From a virus (taxonomy: Duplodnaviria > Caudoviricetes): a DNA stretch of 59,178 nt. How positions within the stretch are numbered: position 1 is the stretch's first letter; each line of letters starts with the position of its first letter. The DNA lies in IMG/VR virus record IMGVR_UViG_3300033146_002247, positions 1 through 59,178 of that record. The stretch is one strand, 5' to 3'. A program made the position numbers and the translations under genes. Positions 50,115 to 58,616 of the stretch are shown here, piece after piece. The notes below the pieces were generated by a model, which was given only the letters and a program-made list of their open reading frames with translations, made no database searches and had not been told where the DNA came from.

Positions 50115-50657
50115 TTGCCAGTTCTTAATAAATCAGATTTAAGTGATTATGTATACGAACAGATATATAACAAACAATCAACAAATAGAGTAGAAATTTT
50201 TGAATTATTAGCAAATTCAATTAATGATTGGTTTATATTAAAGACTAAGATTCCTGCAACATTAGATACTTATGATACCTCTACAAGTGCTTGGATTCCA
50301 TCAGCACCAATTATTATATATGTCAATCCATTATTATCAGGTAGCGGTTTAATGAATGCTGTGACAGGAAATAATAATTATCAAAATGTTAATACTAATT
50401 TTTATAATGAATTATCAAGTGAGTGGAAATTAACAACAATAACAAATGGATCGGTTCCGCATCAGCATTATTTTTCAGACAATAGTATTCATTTTGTACC
50501 TTATGAAAATATTAGTAACCCTGAACCAACTGATTATTGGAGGTTATTAATATCGAACATGATTGACGGATTAACATTTCCATCAATTGGAGAAAATTTA
50601 AGTATAATTCCTAATGTTACTAGATATACAACATTAGATTTTATACAATTTACATAA
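50115..50657 (+). CDS. hypothetical protein, probably structural
   Basis: 180 aa, coupled to the spike gene. Confidence 0.45.
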   Translation: MPVLNKSDLSDYVYEQIYNKQSTNRVEIFELLANSINDWFILKTKIPATLDTYDTSTSAWIPSAPIIIYVNPLLSGSGLMNAVTGNNNYQNVNTNFYNELSSEWKLTTITNGSVPHQHYFSDNSIHFVPYENISNPEPTDYWRLLISNMIDGLTFPSIGENLSIIPNVTRYTTLDFIQFT

Positions 50658-50769
50658 TTAAAAAAGAAAAGTAAAAAACGGAGTATTATTAATATTTTAT
50701 AATTTAATATTTTATAATTCCTTACTCAAAATTAGTCCTTTATATTAAAGGACTAATTTTGTTTTATCG

Positions 50770-50849
50770 GTTCATTAGTAGTACATTCCTTTCACTTTCT
50801 TAGTCCAACCATATAATTTTATCATTTCACTATCAAAGTACACTAAAAG
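50770..50849. repeat. dispersed intergenic element, copy 5
   Basis: same boxes and spacing; preceded by the 15-bp hairpin at 50727-50761. Confidence 0.9.
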
Positions 50850-50897
50850 ACACTTATGGAGAGGAAAAATAAATAAAATAAAATCAAGAGGTTATTT

Positions 50898-51281
50898 ATG
50901 AAAAAAGGTTTTACATTAATAGAAGTGTTAGTTTCTAGCTTGATATTGGTTATTATTGTTGCTGGGACTTTTAATATGTATATAAATTATATAAAAATTC
51001 AAACCAATATTAAACAAAGGTTCAACGCCAATAGTATTATTAAAGAAATACAAGATAATATTTTTGGTATGCGCAGAGACGACACAGAGGTTTTTATTGA
51101 GAATATCAAAACCATAACAGTTGATAATACAAAATATAATGTCACTTATATTAAAACAAATTATGATTATAAAAAAATCGAGGGTTTATCGCAGGTAACT
51201 GGTGTTTTTTACAAAATCTATGTGAGCTGGGAAGGCACATATAATTCAGATAAAATAGGTTCGTGTTTTATAACATATTAG
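50898..51281 (+). CDS. type IV minor pilin / pseudopilin (PilV-like)
   Basis: class III signal MKKG/FTLIEVL followed by a hydrophobic helix. Confidence 0.88.
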   Translation: MKKGFTLIEVLVSSLILVIIVAGTFNMYINYIKIQTNIKQRFNANSIIKEIQDNIFGMRRDDTEVFIENIKTITVDNTKYNVTYIKTNYDYKKIEGLSQVTGVFYKIYVSWEGTYNSDKIGSCFITY

Positions 51282-51290
51282 AGGTTATTT

Positions 51291-51737
51291 ATGAAAAAAG
51301 GTTTTACATTAATAGAATTATTAGTCACATCAATAATTTCTACAATATTAATAGTATCAACAATAGTAATTTTTAATATTGGAATCGATATGTATTATAA
51401 AATATCAGATACTGTGAACATACAGAATTTATTGATTGTTCATACTGATAATATTAATAACAAAATAAAATCTTCAATTAATATAAATTCAAATAATAAT
51501 GGTTTAATTATTACGAATATGGATTCTACATTAAGTTCATTTAATGTAATAGATGAACATCTGGTGGTGGACGGCAATATTGTTAATAAAGATTATATTT
51601 TTCAATTGATTAATAATGGTAGTAATTCAGAGACATTTAACTATTCTTTTAGAGTGGCATTCAAAAGGAATAATAAAATAATTTCAACCGATTTAATAAA
51701 TGGATTTGTCCAACGAAGAAATAGTATAAAATTCTAG
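51291..51737 (+). CDS. type IV minor pilin / pseudopilin (PilW-like)
   Basis: class III signal MKKG/FTLIELL followed by a hydrophobic helix. Confidence 0.88.
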   Translation: MKKGFTLIELLVTSIISTILIVSTIVIFNIGIDMYYKISDTVNIQNLLIVHTDNINNKIKSSININSNNNGLIITNMDSTLSSFNVIDEHLVVDGNIVNKDYIFQLINNGSNSETFNYSFRVAFKRNNKIISTDLINGFVQRRNSIKF

Positions 51738-51749
51738 AAGAGGTATGGT

Positions 51750-53309
51750 ATGAAAGGTAGTACATTTATAACAATAATCGTAATAGCAACAATTTTCATT
51801 ATATTTAGTGGTGGTATCCACTTCGCCATAAATGCGAACGTGAAATTATCTGAAAATAATATCAAAAAAACTAAATTATATTACAAAGCCGAAACAGGTA
51901 TCAAATATGCGAAACGATGGATTCAGGCTATACCAACAATTGTGTTTTTGGATAGTAATAGTTGTAAACTATACAAAAATTATTTCAATTCACATAATAC
52001 AGACATATTATCTAATGAAAACATTTTAATTTATGTAGATTACTCTAGCAATAACAAATCTTGGTCTATTAAATCCATTGGAAAAATAAATGATAATTAT
52101 TGTGAAATAAATTATTCTGGCATTACATCAATCTCACCATTAGAGAATTGTTATTTTAACAATAGTAAATCTAGTTTCGGTGGTAATAGATTTACTGCCT
52201 CACAGGTATTTTATGGTAAAACATATTGGAACACTAAAATTCCTATTAGTGCAAAAGGTAGAAGAAATACTACATTTTGGGGTCACGTAACAACAACTGC
52301 GGCACCAGGTGGAGCCTTAACAGGAAATAGGATTAAATCTACTAAAAATCATGCAGACTCTGGAAGTAATTTACCTTTTTGGAACACGAATGGTGTTAAT
52401 TCAAAATTAACTAAGTATGCGTATGGATTGACTATATTTAAAGATTATGTTAGCATGACAGATATTCAATTAAGTAATTCATTGTCAGAGCAGACGTTTC
52501 GAGGTGGTTATACAGCAGATATTTCTTTACATAAAAGTCTGCCCAGTATTGCTTATAAGTATTCAGATATTATAAAATTAAATGCAGTTAGAAACTTAGG
52601 TCAGGGTACAGGTAATGTAGATATAATTTTTTATGTAAAAGAAAATATCGGTAAAGTTTCAATAAACGGTGTTATATATAATCAAACAGATCAAGATATA
52701 ATAGCAATACCAAAAAATTATAATAACGTATATGTAAGGGGAGAGGTAACCAGTGATATATCAATAGCAACAGAATCGGACGATATAATATTAACTGGAA
52801 ATCTATATCCAACTGAATATAAAAAAGATTTTACCAATTTAGAATCTAATTTTTTTAATAAAGTTCCTTACACTGGAATACATAATAACCATCCGGTTAA
52901 TCAATTAAAAAATGTAAAAACGAATATTCAAATTGGTTTGTTAGCAGGATTAGATTTTACTACACAAGCAAATATCATAGTATCAAAAAATTTAATGATG
53001 GATTCTAAAAGCACTGGTATTATTATCGCCGGACTTTTTGCTCCTAACGGAAAATTTAAAAAGGATAATTTACAGTGGGCATATATAAATGATATAATGG
53101 TATATGGCGCCTTTATAGGAATGTCAGAGGGTATTACTTTAAAAAATACTGGATTTAACACATTATATATGTCGAGTGATACCTTTCTCAATGGATATAG
53201 AGCACCTGGTTTTAAATCTTCTATACATATAGATAAATTTGATAAATGTGAAATAAACGAATTTTCTAGTAATATGTTAAAATGGGATGTAAAATACTAT
53301 ACAAATTAG
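51750..53309 (+). CDS. PilX/GspK-like large minor pilin
   Basis: MKG/STFITII (no Glu5), hydrophobic helix, LYYKAETGIKYA, IKSIG; large beta-rich C-terminus. Confidence 0.72.
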   Translation: MKGSTFITIIVIATIFIIFSGGIHFAINANVKLSENNIKKTKLYYKAETGIKYAKRWIQAIPTIVFLDSNSCKLYKNYFNSHNTDILSNENILIYVDYSSNNKSWSIKSIGKINDNYCEINYSGITSISPLENCYFNNSKSSFGGNRFTASQVFYGKTYWNTKIPISAKGRRNTTFWGHVTTTAAPGGALTGNRIKSTKNHADSGSNLPFWNTNGVNSKLTKYAYGLTIFKDYVSMTDIQLSNSLSEQTFRGGYTADISLHKSLPSIAYKYSDIIKLNAVRNLGQGTGNVDIIFYVKENIGKVSINGVIYNQTDQDIIAIPKNYNNVYVRGEVTSDISIATESDDIILTGNLYPTEYKKDFTNLESNFFNKVPYTGIHNNHPVNQLKNVKTNIQIGLLAGLDFTTQANIIVSKNLMMDSKSTGIIIAGLFAPNGKFKKDNLQWAYINDIMVYGAFIGMSEGITLKNTGFNTLYMSSDTFLNGYRAPGFKSSIHIDKFDKCEINEFSSNMLKWDVKYYTN

Positions 53310-53318
53310 ATTTTTTCA

Positions 53319-53381
53319 TTGACAATTTAACATTAAATGGTTATATTATAATCATAACATTAAATGGTTATATTATAATCA
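53319..53381 (+). promoter_or_regulatory. early promoter with 27-bp tandem duplication of the -10 region
   Basis: TTGACA-N17-TATATT; TAACATTAAATGGTTATATTATAATCA at 53328-53354 and 53355-53381. Confidence 0.85.
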
Positions 53382-53412
53382 TAAAGAAAAATTAAAAAAA
53401 AGGAGTAACAAA

Positions 53413-54189
53413 ATGATAAACAAATTAAAAAAGTTTTCAAAAAATATTGAGTCGATTAAAATTTTTACAAATAAAGAATTTAAACCGAATAAATCTAGTT
53501 TATTTGAAATAACTATTAGTAAGGCAAAAGTTGAATATTATAACAAATTTTACAAAAAATCTGAGGGTCACGAAAAACCAGAAATAATAATTGATAATAA
53601 GAAAAAGGTTATTTTTTCAACTCGAACATTCGCTAGAGTCAATAAATTCAAAATGAATTTCGCTAAATGTGGATATTTATACAAAGAATTTATTAACATT
53701 TTAATGTTATTAGAAAAAGAACCAATAAATCTTCATTTTTATAAAGAATCAGTAATTTATAAAAATGAAGATTTTGTCATTGAAATGAAACACAAAACTC
53801 AACCAATATCAAAAGAGATAAAAAATAAAGTTTCTCAAATTGATAAAAAATACAGTAAAATGTATAAATTTAAAAGAGGTGATATCGGTAAATTAATTTC
53901 TAAAAATAGAAAAAATTCAGATTGGATGTTACTTATTAAAAACAAAATTATTTTTGGGAATAATGAACGAAACGATAATTTCAGAGTTTATACAATTGAT
54001 ACTGATAATACTGAAACTTTCGCGATTACACTTAAAAATTTTCATAGTTTTTCTACATATATGCATTTAAAATTGGATATTTCATTAAGTAAAGATAATA
54101 CAATTATAAAATTAGGTAAAAATTTATACTTAGCAAATTTAATTTTTAAAAATAAAGATTTAGAATTTATAACCAATACTTATTTATAA
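53413..54189 (+). CDS. hypothetical basic early protein
   Basis: 258 aa ORF with AAGGAG RBS. Confidence 0.55.
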   Translation: MINKLKKFSKNIESIKIFTNKEFKPNKSSLFEITISKAKVEYYNKFYKKSEGHEKPEIIIDNKKKVIFSTRTFARVNKFKMNFAKCGYLYKEFINILMLLEKEPINLHFYKESVIYKNEDFVIEMKHKTQPISKEIKNKVSQIDKKYSKMYKFKRGDIGKLISKNRKNSDWMLLIKNKIIFGNNERNDNFRVYTIDTDNTETFAITLKNFHSFSTYMHLKLDISLSKDNTIIKLGKNLYLANLIFKNKDLEFITNTYL

Positions 54190-54240
54190 ATAAAATAAAC
54201 TAAAATAAACTAAAATAAACTAAAATAAACTAAAATAAAC
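54185..54240 (+). repeat. T4-type late promoter TATAAATA followed by (TAAAATAAAC)x5
   Basis: TATAAATA 54185-54192; five exact 10-mers at 54191-54240. Confidence 0.85.
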
Positions 54241-54251
54241 GAGTAACCGAA

Positions 54252-55091
54252 ATGAAAATAACACATAAAAAAATTCAAGAAATAGTTGAAGAATTACTAA
54301 ATGAAAATAGTACACTATCCTCAATCGGTGCCACTACCGCTCAAATAAAACAATTATACAAAACTACGAAATATGGTTATGGGAAATTTCAATTACCACA
54401 CGACGCAAATTTTATAAAAATAAAAAAATCAAATTTTTATAAAAAAGACAGAGAATTAGACAATATACATAGTACAGGTACATTAACGGGTGTTGCGATT
54501 GATGATGAGGGTAATTTATTATTTTCTGGACAAGTTTATGATATGAGTCTTTCGTTAATGTTAAAAATTGATGTTAATGGAAAAATATTAGTAAAAGAAT
54601 TAGTTAAGAAAAAAAGAGCTGTTTCCTTATTTAAAAATATTAAAAATATGTATTACATAGAACATAATGATATGATAGCCTCACCAAATTATCAGCAATA
54701 TGAATACGGACAAAAGGAACTATTTGATACAATGAGTGATTATATTTTAAAGGATGTAACATCTTATTTAGAGAAAAAAATAAAAGCAATTCGTATAGAA
54801 GTAAGAAGATTAGAAGATATAGGCAAGTATAATGAGGCAGATGCATTAAGAGCAAAAATAATTAAAGATGACAAATCCGGCACAATTGATATTAATTATC
54901 AATTAACAAATGATGGGTGGTGGGAAAATTTACCATTACAATACATAAAAGACGAAATTGAATCAAAAGGTGCAGTTAGTAATAAAGGGCATAGTTCGTG
55001 GACATTTAATAGTAATAAAGATATTAAAAATGCAGCAGCTAAAGTATTAAAAAGTATTAAAAAGTATATAGATTATCAATTTGATTTTTAA
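54252..55091 (+). CDS. putative internal head protein, leader class A
   Basis: MKITHKKIQEIVEELLNE; TATAAATA upstream. Confidence 0.6.
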   Translation: MKITHKKIQEIVEELLNENSTLSSIGATTAQIKQLYKTTKYGYGKFQLPHDANFIKIKKSNFYKKDRELDNIHSTGTLTGVAIDDEGNLLFSGQVYDMSLSLMLKIDVNGKILVKELVKKKRAVSLFKNIKNMYYIEHNDMIASPNYQQYEYGQKELFDTMSDYILKDVTSYLEKKIKAIRIEVRRLEDIGKYNEADALRAKIIKDDKSGTIDINYQLTNDGWWENLPLQYIKDEIESKGAVSNKGHSSWTFNSNKDIKNAAAKVLKSIKKYIDYQFDF

Positions 55092-55126
55092 TAAACAAAA
55101 TAAAAATACATTATCTAATAAAGTCC

Positions 55127-55155
55127 TTGACAAAAGGACTTTTTTTAGTTATATT
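55127..55155 (+). promoter_or_regulatory. early promoter with -35 in terminator-like hairpin
   Basis: AAAGTCCTTGACAAAAGGACTTTTTTT; TTGACA-N17-TATATT. Confidence 0.85.
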
Positions 55156-55396
55156 ATAGATATAAAAGAAAATCAAAAAGGAGTAACAAATGAAAAAATA
55201 TATTTTTAGAATTTTGGTGGTAATTTATAATTTAATAACAGGTCCAATTACTTTTATTTTAACTATGTTAATAGGAATTATATATGGCCCATTCGAGTAT
55301 ATTATAAAAGGTCAATATGACCCATTAAGGTTAATAAATTTTCAAGAAACCAATAAGTTTTATCTTTATTTAGAAAAACAAACAAAGGAATAAAAG

Positions 55397-56632
55397 ATGT
55401 TAGAAGTTCAAAAATATTTACAAACACATACATTAGAAGATTTAAAAGAACAATTTGATATTTCATTAAGATATGACGATGCAAAGGAATTAGTTCTTTT
55501 AAAGTATAGTCAAATAAATTCACCAAAATCACATCCAATTGTGCGTGAATGTAGAGGGCTGATTTTAGAGGTTGGTACTTGGAAATTGATAAGTATGGCA
55601 TTTTATAGATTTTTTAATTACGGCGAAAACCAATCTTTTGACTCAAATGATAAAAAAATTGAACCAAATTTTGATTTTTCTAAAGCAAAGATTATGGAGA
55701 AAATGGACGGAAGTTTAATATCCATATTTACCTATAAAAATCAATGGCGTATTGCTACATCAGGTTCTATTGATAATAATACTTACCCAACAAATTCAGA
55801 TAAAACTTTTTCAGAATTAGTTTTAGATGCTTTACCAATTATACATTCAGAAATAACTATAATGAATACGCCAATAGAATTATATGATAATATATTACAA
55901 CAAAAATGTCAAAATTTTAATAAAGATTATATATATGTTTTTGAATTAACATCACCAAAAAACACAATTGTCACACCTTATTCAGAAACTAAATTGACAT
56001 TATTAACTGCAAGAAATAAAAATAATAATTTTAATGAAGTTAGTTTAAATGAATTAAGACATTTAGAAAATGAAATTAAAATTTATGAACCTGAATTATA
56101 TAATGCAGAGGACATTACTGAATTATATAAAATGCATGATAATATGAAATCTACTGATGAAGGTTTTGTAGCAGTGATTTATGAAAAAGGTAAACAATCA
56201 TATACAAGAGTTAAAGTTAAAAATCCAAGATATGTTGAACTTCACCACTTATTAAATAATGTAAATAGTGAAGCAAGTATTTTATCTTTGATTATTCAGA
56301 ATGAAACAGAAGAAGTTTTAAGTTATTTTCCACATTACAGAAATCAATTTGAGGAACTAACTAAAAAATATGAAAATTATAAACAAATAGTTTTACATTT
56401 AAGATTAAAATATTCAGTGGATTTAGTAACCATAGACAAAGATAAAATAAGAAAAGATTTTGCAATGAAAGTAAATACAGAACCAAATTTTATTAGAAAT
56501 TATCTATTCCAAATTTTTAATGGCGCTATTAACACTTACGAGGAATATGAAGCAAATCAAATTGAACGAAGCGGATTAAAAAATTATAGTAAAAAATTAT
56601 TAGAAAATTTTGAGGCTATTTATGAAAAATAA
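55397..56632 (+). CDS. RNA ligase (T4 Rnl1-like)
   Basis: ECRGLIL, F.RFFNYGE, EKMDGSL, FELTSP.N.IV..Y, EGFV, RVKVK...Y..LH. Confidence 0.9.
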   Translation: MLEVQKYLQTHTLEDLKEQFDISLRYDDAKELVLLKYSQINSPKSHPIVRECRGLILEVGTWKLISMAFYRFFNYGENQSFDSNDKKIEPNFDFSKAKIMEKMDGSLISIFTYKNQWRIATSGSIDNNTYPTNSDKTFSELVLDALPIIHSEITIMNTPIELYDNILQQKCQNFNKDYIYVFELTSPKNTIVTPYSETKLTLLTARNKNNNFNEVSLNELRHLENEIKIYEPELYNAEDITELYKMHDNMKSTDEGFVAVIYEKGKQSYTRVKVKNPRYVELHHLLNNVNSEASILSLIIQNETEEVLSYFPHYRNQFEELTKKYENYKQIVLHLRLKYSVDLVTIDKDKIRKDFAMKVNTEPNFIRNYLFQIFNGAINTYEEYEANQIERSGLKNYSKKLLENFEAIYEK

Positions 56633-57097
56633 AACAATAGTAGATTATGTAGAAGCTGAAAATTCAATTTATAAAATTAATGTAGACATAGAAAATACAA
56701 AATTTGAAGGGTTTGAAATTGATGAAGTTGATGTTTATACATTAGACATAACCAAATTTATAAATGAAAAATCAAAAGGAGCAATAAATGGAAATTGGAA
56801 CTAGACCAAATGATATAAAACCATACAGTATTTTATATCGAAATGTAAAACAAAATGAAATATGGCAAGTAATCTATAATTTTTCTAAGGAAAATGATGC
56901 CAAATTAAAAATAGATGCAGATTTTCATAAAAAATTATTTTATGAACTTTATAGTTATGAGACAAATTATAACAATAATATTAGTTTAAATAAAGATTTT
57001 ATTATGTCAGTTAGTGAGGACATAGAATTAAAACTTACTTTAGTAGATATTGATAAGGTAAAATTTTATGTAAGATTAACAAATCTAAAAGGAGCAT

Positions 57098-57415
57098 TTG
57101 ATGTTTAATATTAAAGATTGGGAACTTGAAGAAACAAAAGGAGAAATTGTTTACTTATTAAAAAAACATTTTTCTTTTGAAAATAACCCAACATTACAAA
57201 ATAGTAGATATTATATTACAGATATTAATTTATCAACAGACACCGATAAAAATGGTTATTTATATTACATAAATATTACTACACATTTACCTGGTATTTT
57301 AATTGGAAAACAGGGTAAAGATATAAATGCCTTAGAAAAATTAATCAAAAAGCATATTACTGTATTTAAAGGCAGCATAAAATTAAATATAATTGAAAAT
57401 AAATTATGGTATTAA
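57098..57415 (+). CDS. type II KH-domain RNA-binding protein resembling the ribosomal protein S3 KH domain
   Basis: INITTHLPGILIGKQGKDINALEKLIKK...IKLNIIE. Confidence 0.7.
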   Translation: MMFNIKDWELEETKGEIVYLLKKHFSFENNPTLQNSRYYITDINLSTDTDKNGYLYYINITTHLPGILIGKQGKDINALEKLIKKHITVFKGSIKLNIIENKLWY

Positions 57416-57431
57416 CACAAAGGAGTAACAA

Positions 57432-58502
57432 ATGAAATACAAATATGAAAATGCATCAGAATTTTTGATTTGGTTTTTAAAAAACGAAGAAGATTTAGTT
57501 GAGAAAATGAAAAAAACTGAACATAGTTTATCTGGTGAACCTAACCCACATCACATTGAGGGTTCAATTTTTACTCACACTTTAATGGTATACAACGAAG
57601 GCATTCACTTAAAAGTTAATAAATTAGTTCAAATTGCTTTATTACTTCACGATATTGGAAAGGTTAATACAATTAAACATGATAAAGAAACTAACAAAAC
57701 AAGTTTCAATGGACACGAAGGTTATTCATATTATATGGCAATTGAGATTTTGAATAAGCTTGATTTATTCAATTCAGAGAAAGAACTAATACTTAATATG
57801 ATTGTACATCACTCTTCCTTTTGGAATATCGGAAAAAAGACTAAAAAATATTGGACTTCTAAAGATTTACCATTATTAAAAAACCTGATGGATGTTGTAT
57901 ATTGTGATGCAAGAGGTAGAATTTTTTTAAATAGTAGAGCAGAAAATCCTATTAGTGATGACTTTAAAAATTTAATGGAAAATATCCAACCAACTAGAGA
58001 CGATATTGTAGCACAATATATTCCTACTATTACTTTAATGATTGGTGTACCTAAATCAGGTAAGACTACATTTTTAAAAAATCAAAAATATTCAGATAAT
58101 ACTGTTATAATTAGTAGAGATGACATTTTAATGGAATTTGCACAAGATGGTTTGACTTACAATAAAGCTTGGAAGTGGGCTGAGGATAATGGAAAACATA
58201 AAGAAATTGACAAATCTTTCACCAAAAGACTAAGAGATGCATTTGAAAAAAATCTAAATATTGTTATTGATAATACAAATGTTAATAGAAAATCTAGGAA
58301 TAGAATTTTGAGTTCAACACCAAGTCATTATAAAAGAAATGCTATTGTTTTTGCTACTGGATTGAATGAGATTTATAAAAGAAACGGAGATGATGCTAAA
58401 ATTAGCAAAGATTTATTCTACGAAGTATTTCATAATATGATAACTAGGTTTAAAACACCTACTTATGGAGAGTTTGCAGACATAAAATATATTTTTGACT
58501 AA
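57432..58502 (+). CDS. HD phosphohydrolase fused to a P-loop polynucleotide kinase
   Basis: HH.EG..F.HT, LLHDIGK, F.GHE, CDARGR; IGVPKSGKTT, ISRDDI, VIDNTN....R. Confidence 0.88.
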   Translation: MKYKYENASEFLIWFLKNEEDLVEKMKKTEHSLSGEPNPHHIEGSIFTHTLMVYNEGIHLKVNKLVQIALLLHDIGKVNTIKHDKETNKTSFNGHEGYSYYMAIEILNKLDLFNSEKELILNMIVHHSSFWNIGKKTKKYWTSKDLPLLKNLMDVVYCDARGRIFLNSRAENPISDDFKNLMENIQPTRDDIVAQYIPTITLMIGVPKSGKTTFLKNQKYSDNTVIISRDDILMEFAQDGLTYNKAWKWAEDNGKHKEIDKSFTKRLRDAFEKNLNIVIDNTNVNRKSRNRILSSTPSHYKRNAIVFATGLNEIYKRNGDDAKISKDLFYEVFHNMITRFKTPTYGEFADIKYIFD

Positions 58503-58551
58503 AATAATTAAAAAATAATTCAATTAAAAGTCCTTTTATAAGAAATAACTC

Positions 58552-58580
58552 TTGACAAAAGGACTTTTTTTGGTTATATT
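58552..58580 (+). promoter_or_regulatory. early promoter, -35 inside a long-loop GTCCT/AGGAC hairpin
   Basis: AAAAGTCCTTTT...CTTGACAAAAGGACTTTT; TTGACA-N17-TATATT. Confidence 0.85.
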
Positions 58581-58616
58581 ATAATCATATTAAAGAAAAT
58601 TAAAAAGGAGTAACAA

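Noticed and set aside
9887-50849. CRISPR array or mini-array interpretation of the repeated element
   Set aside because: Copies are 4-14 kb apart, boxes are not direct repeats of each other, spacers are only 21 and 10 nt, and no cas genes are present
53413-54189. Sliding clamp (gp45-like) assignment
   Set aside because: Size fits, but the protein is strongly basic and no convincing motif is visible; needs a structure search
1834-55601. Minus-strand ORFs and nested short + ORFs in the ORF track (e.g. 4248-4571, 26297-26629, 36166-36555, 47780-48004)
   Set aside because: They are shadows overlapping well-supported + strand genes, with no RBS or recognisable motifs
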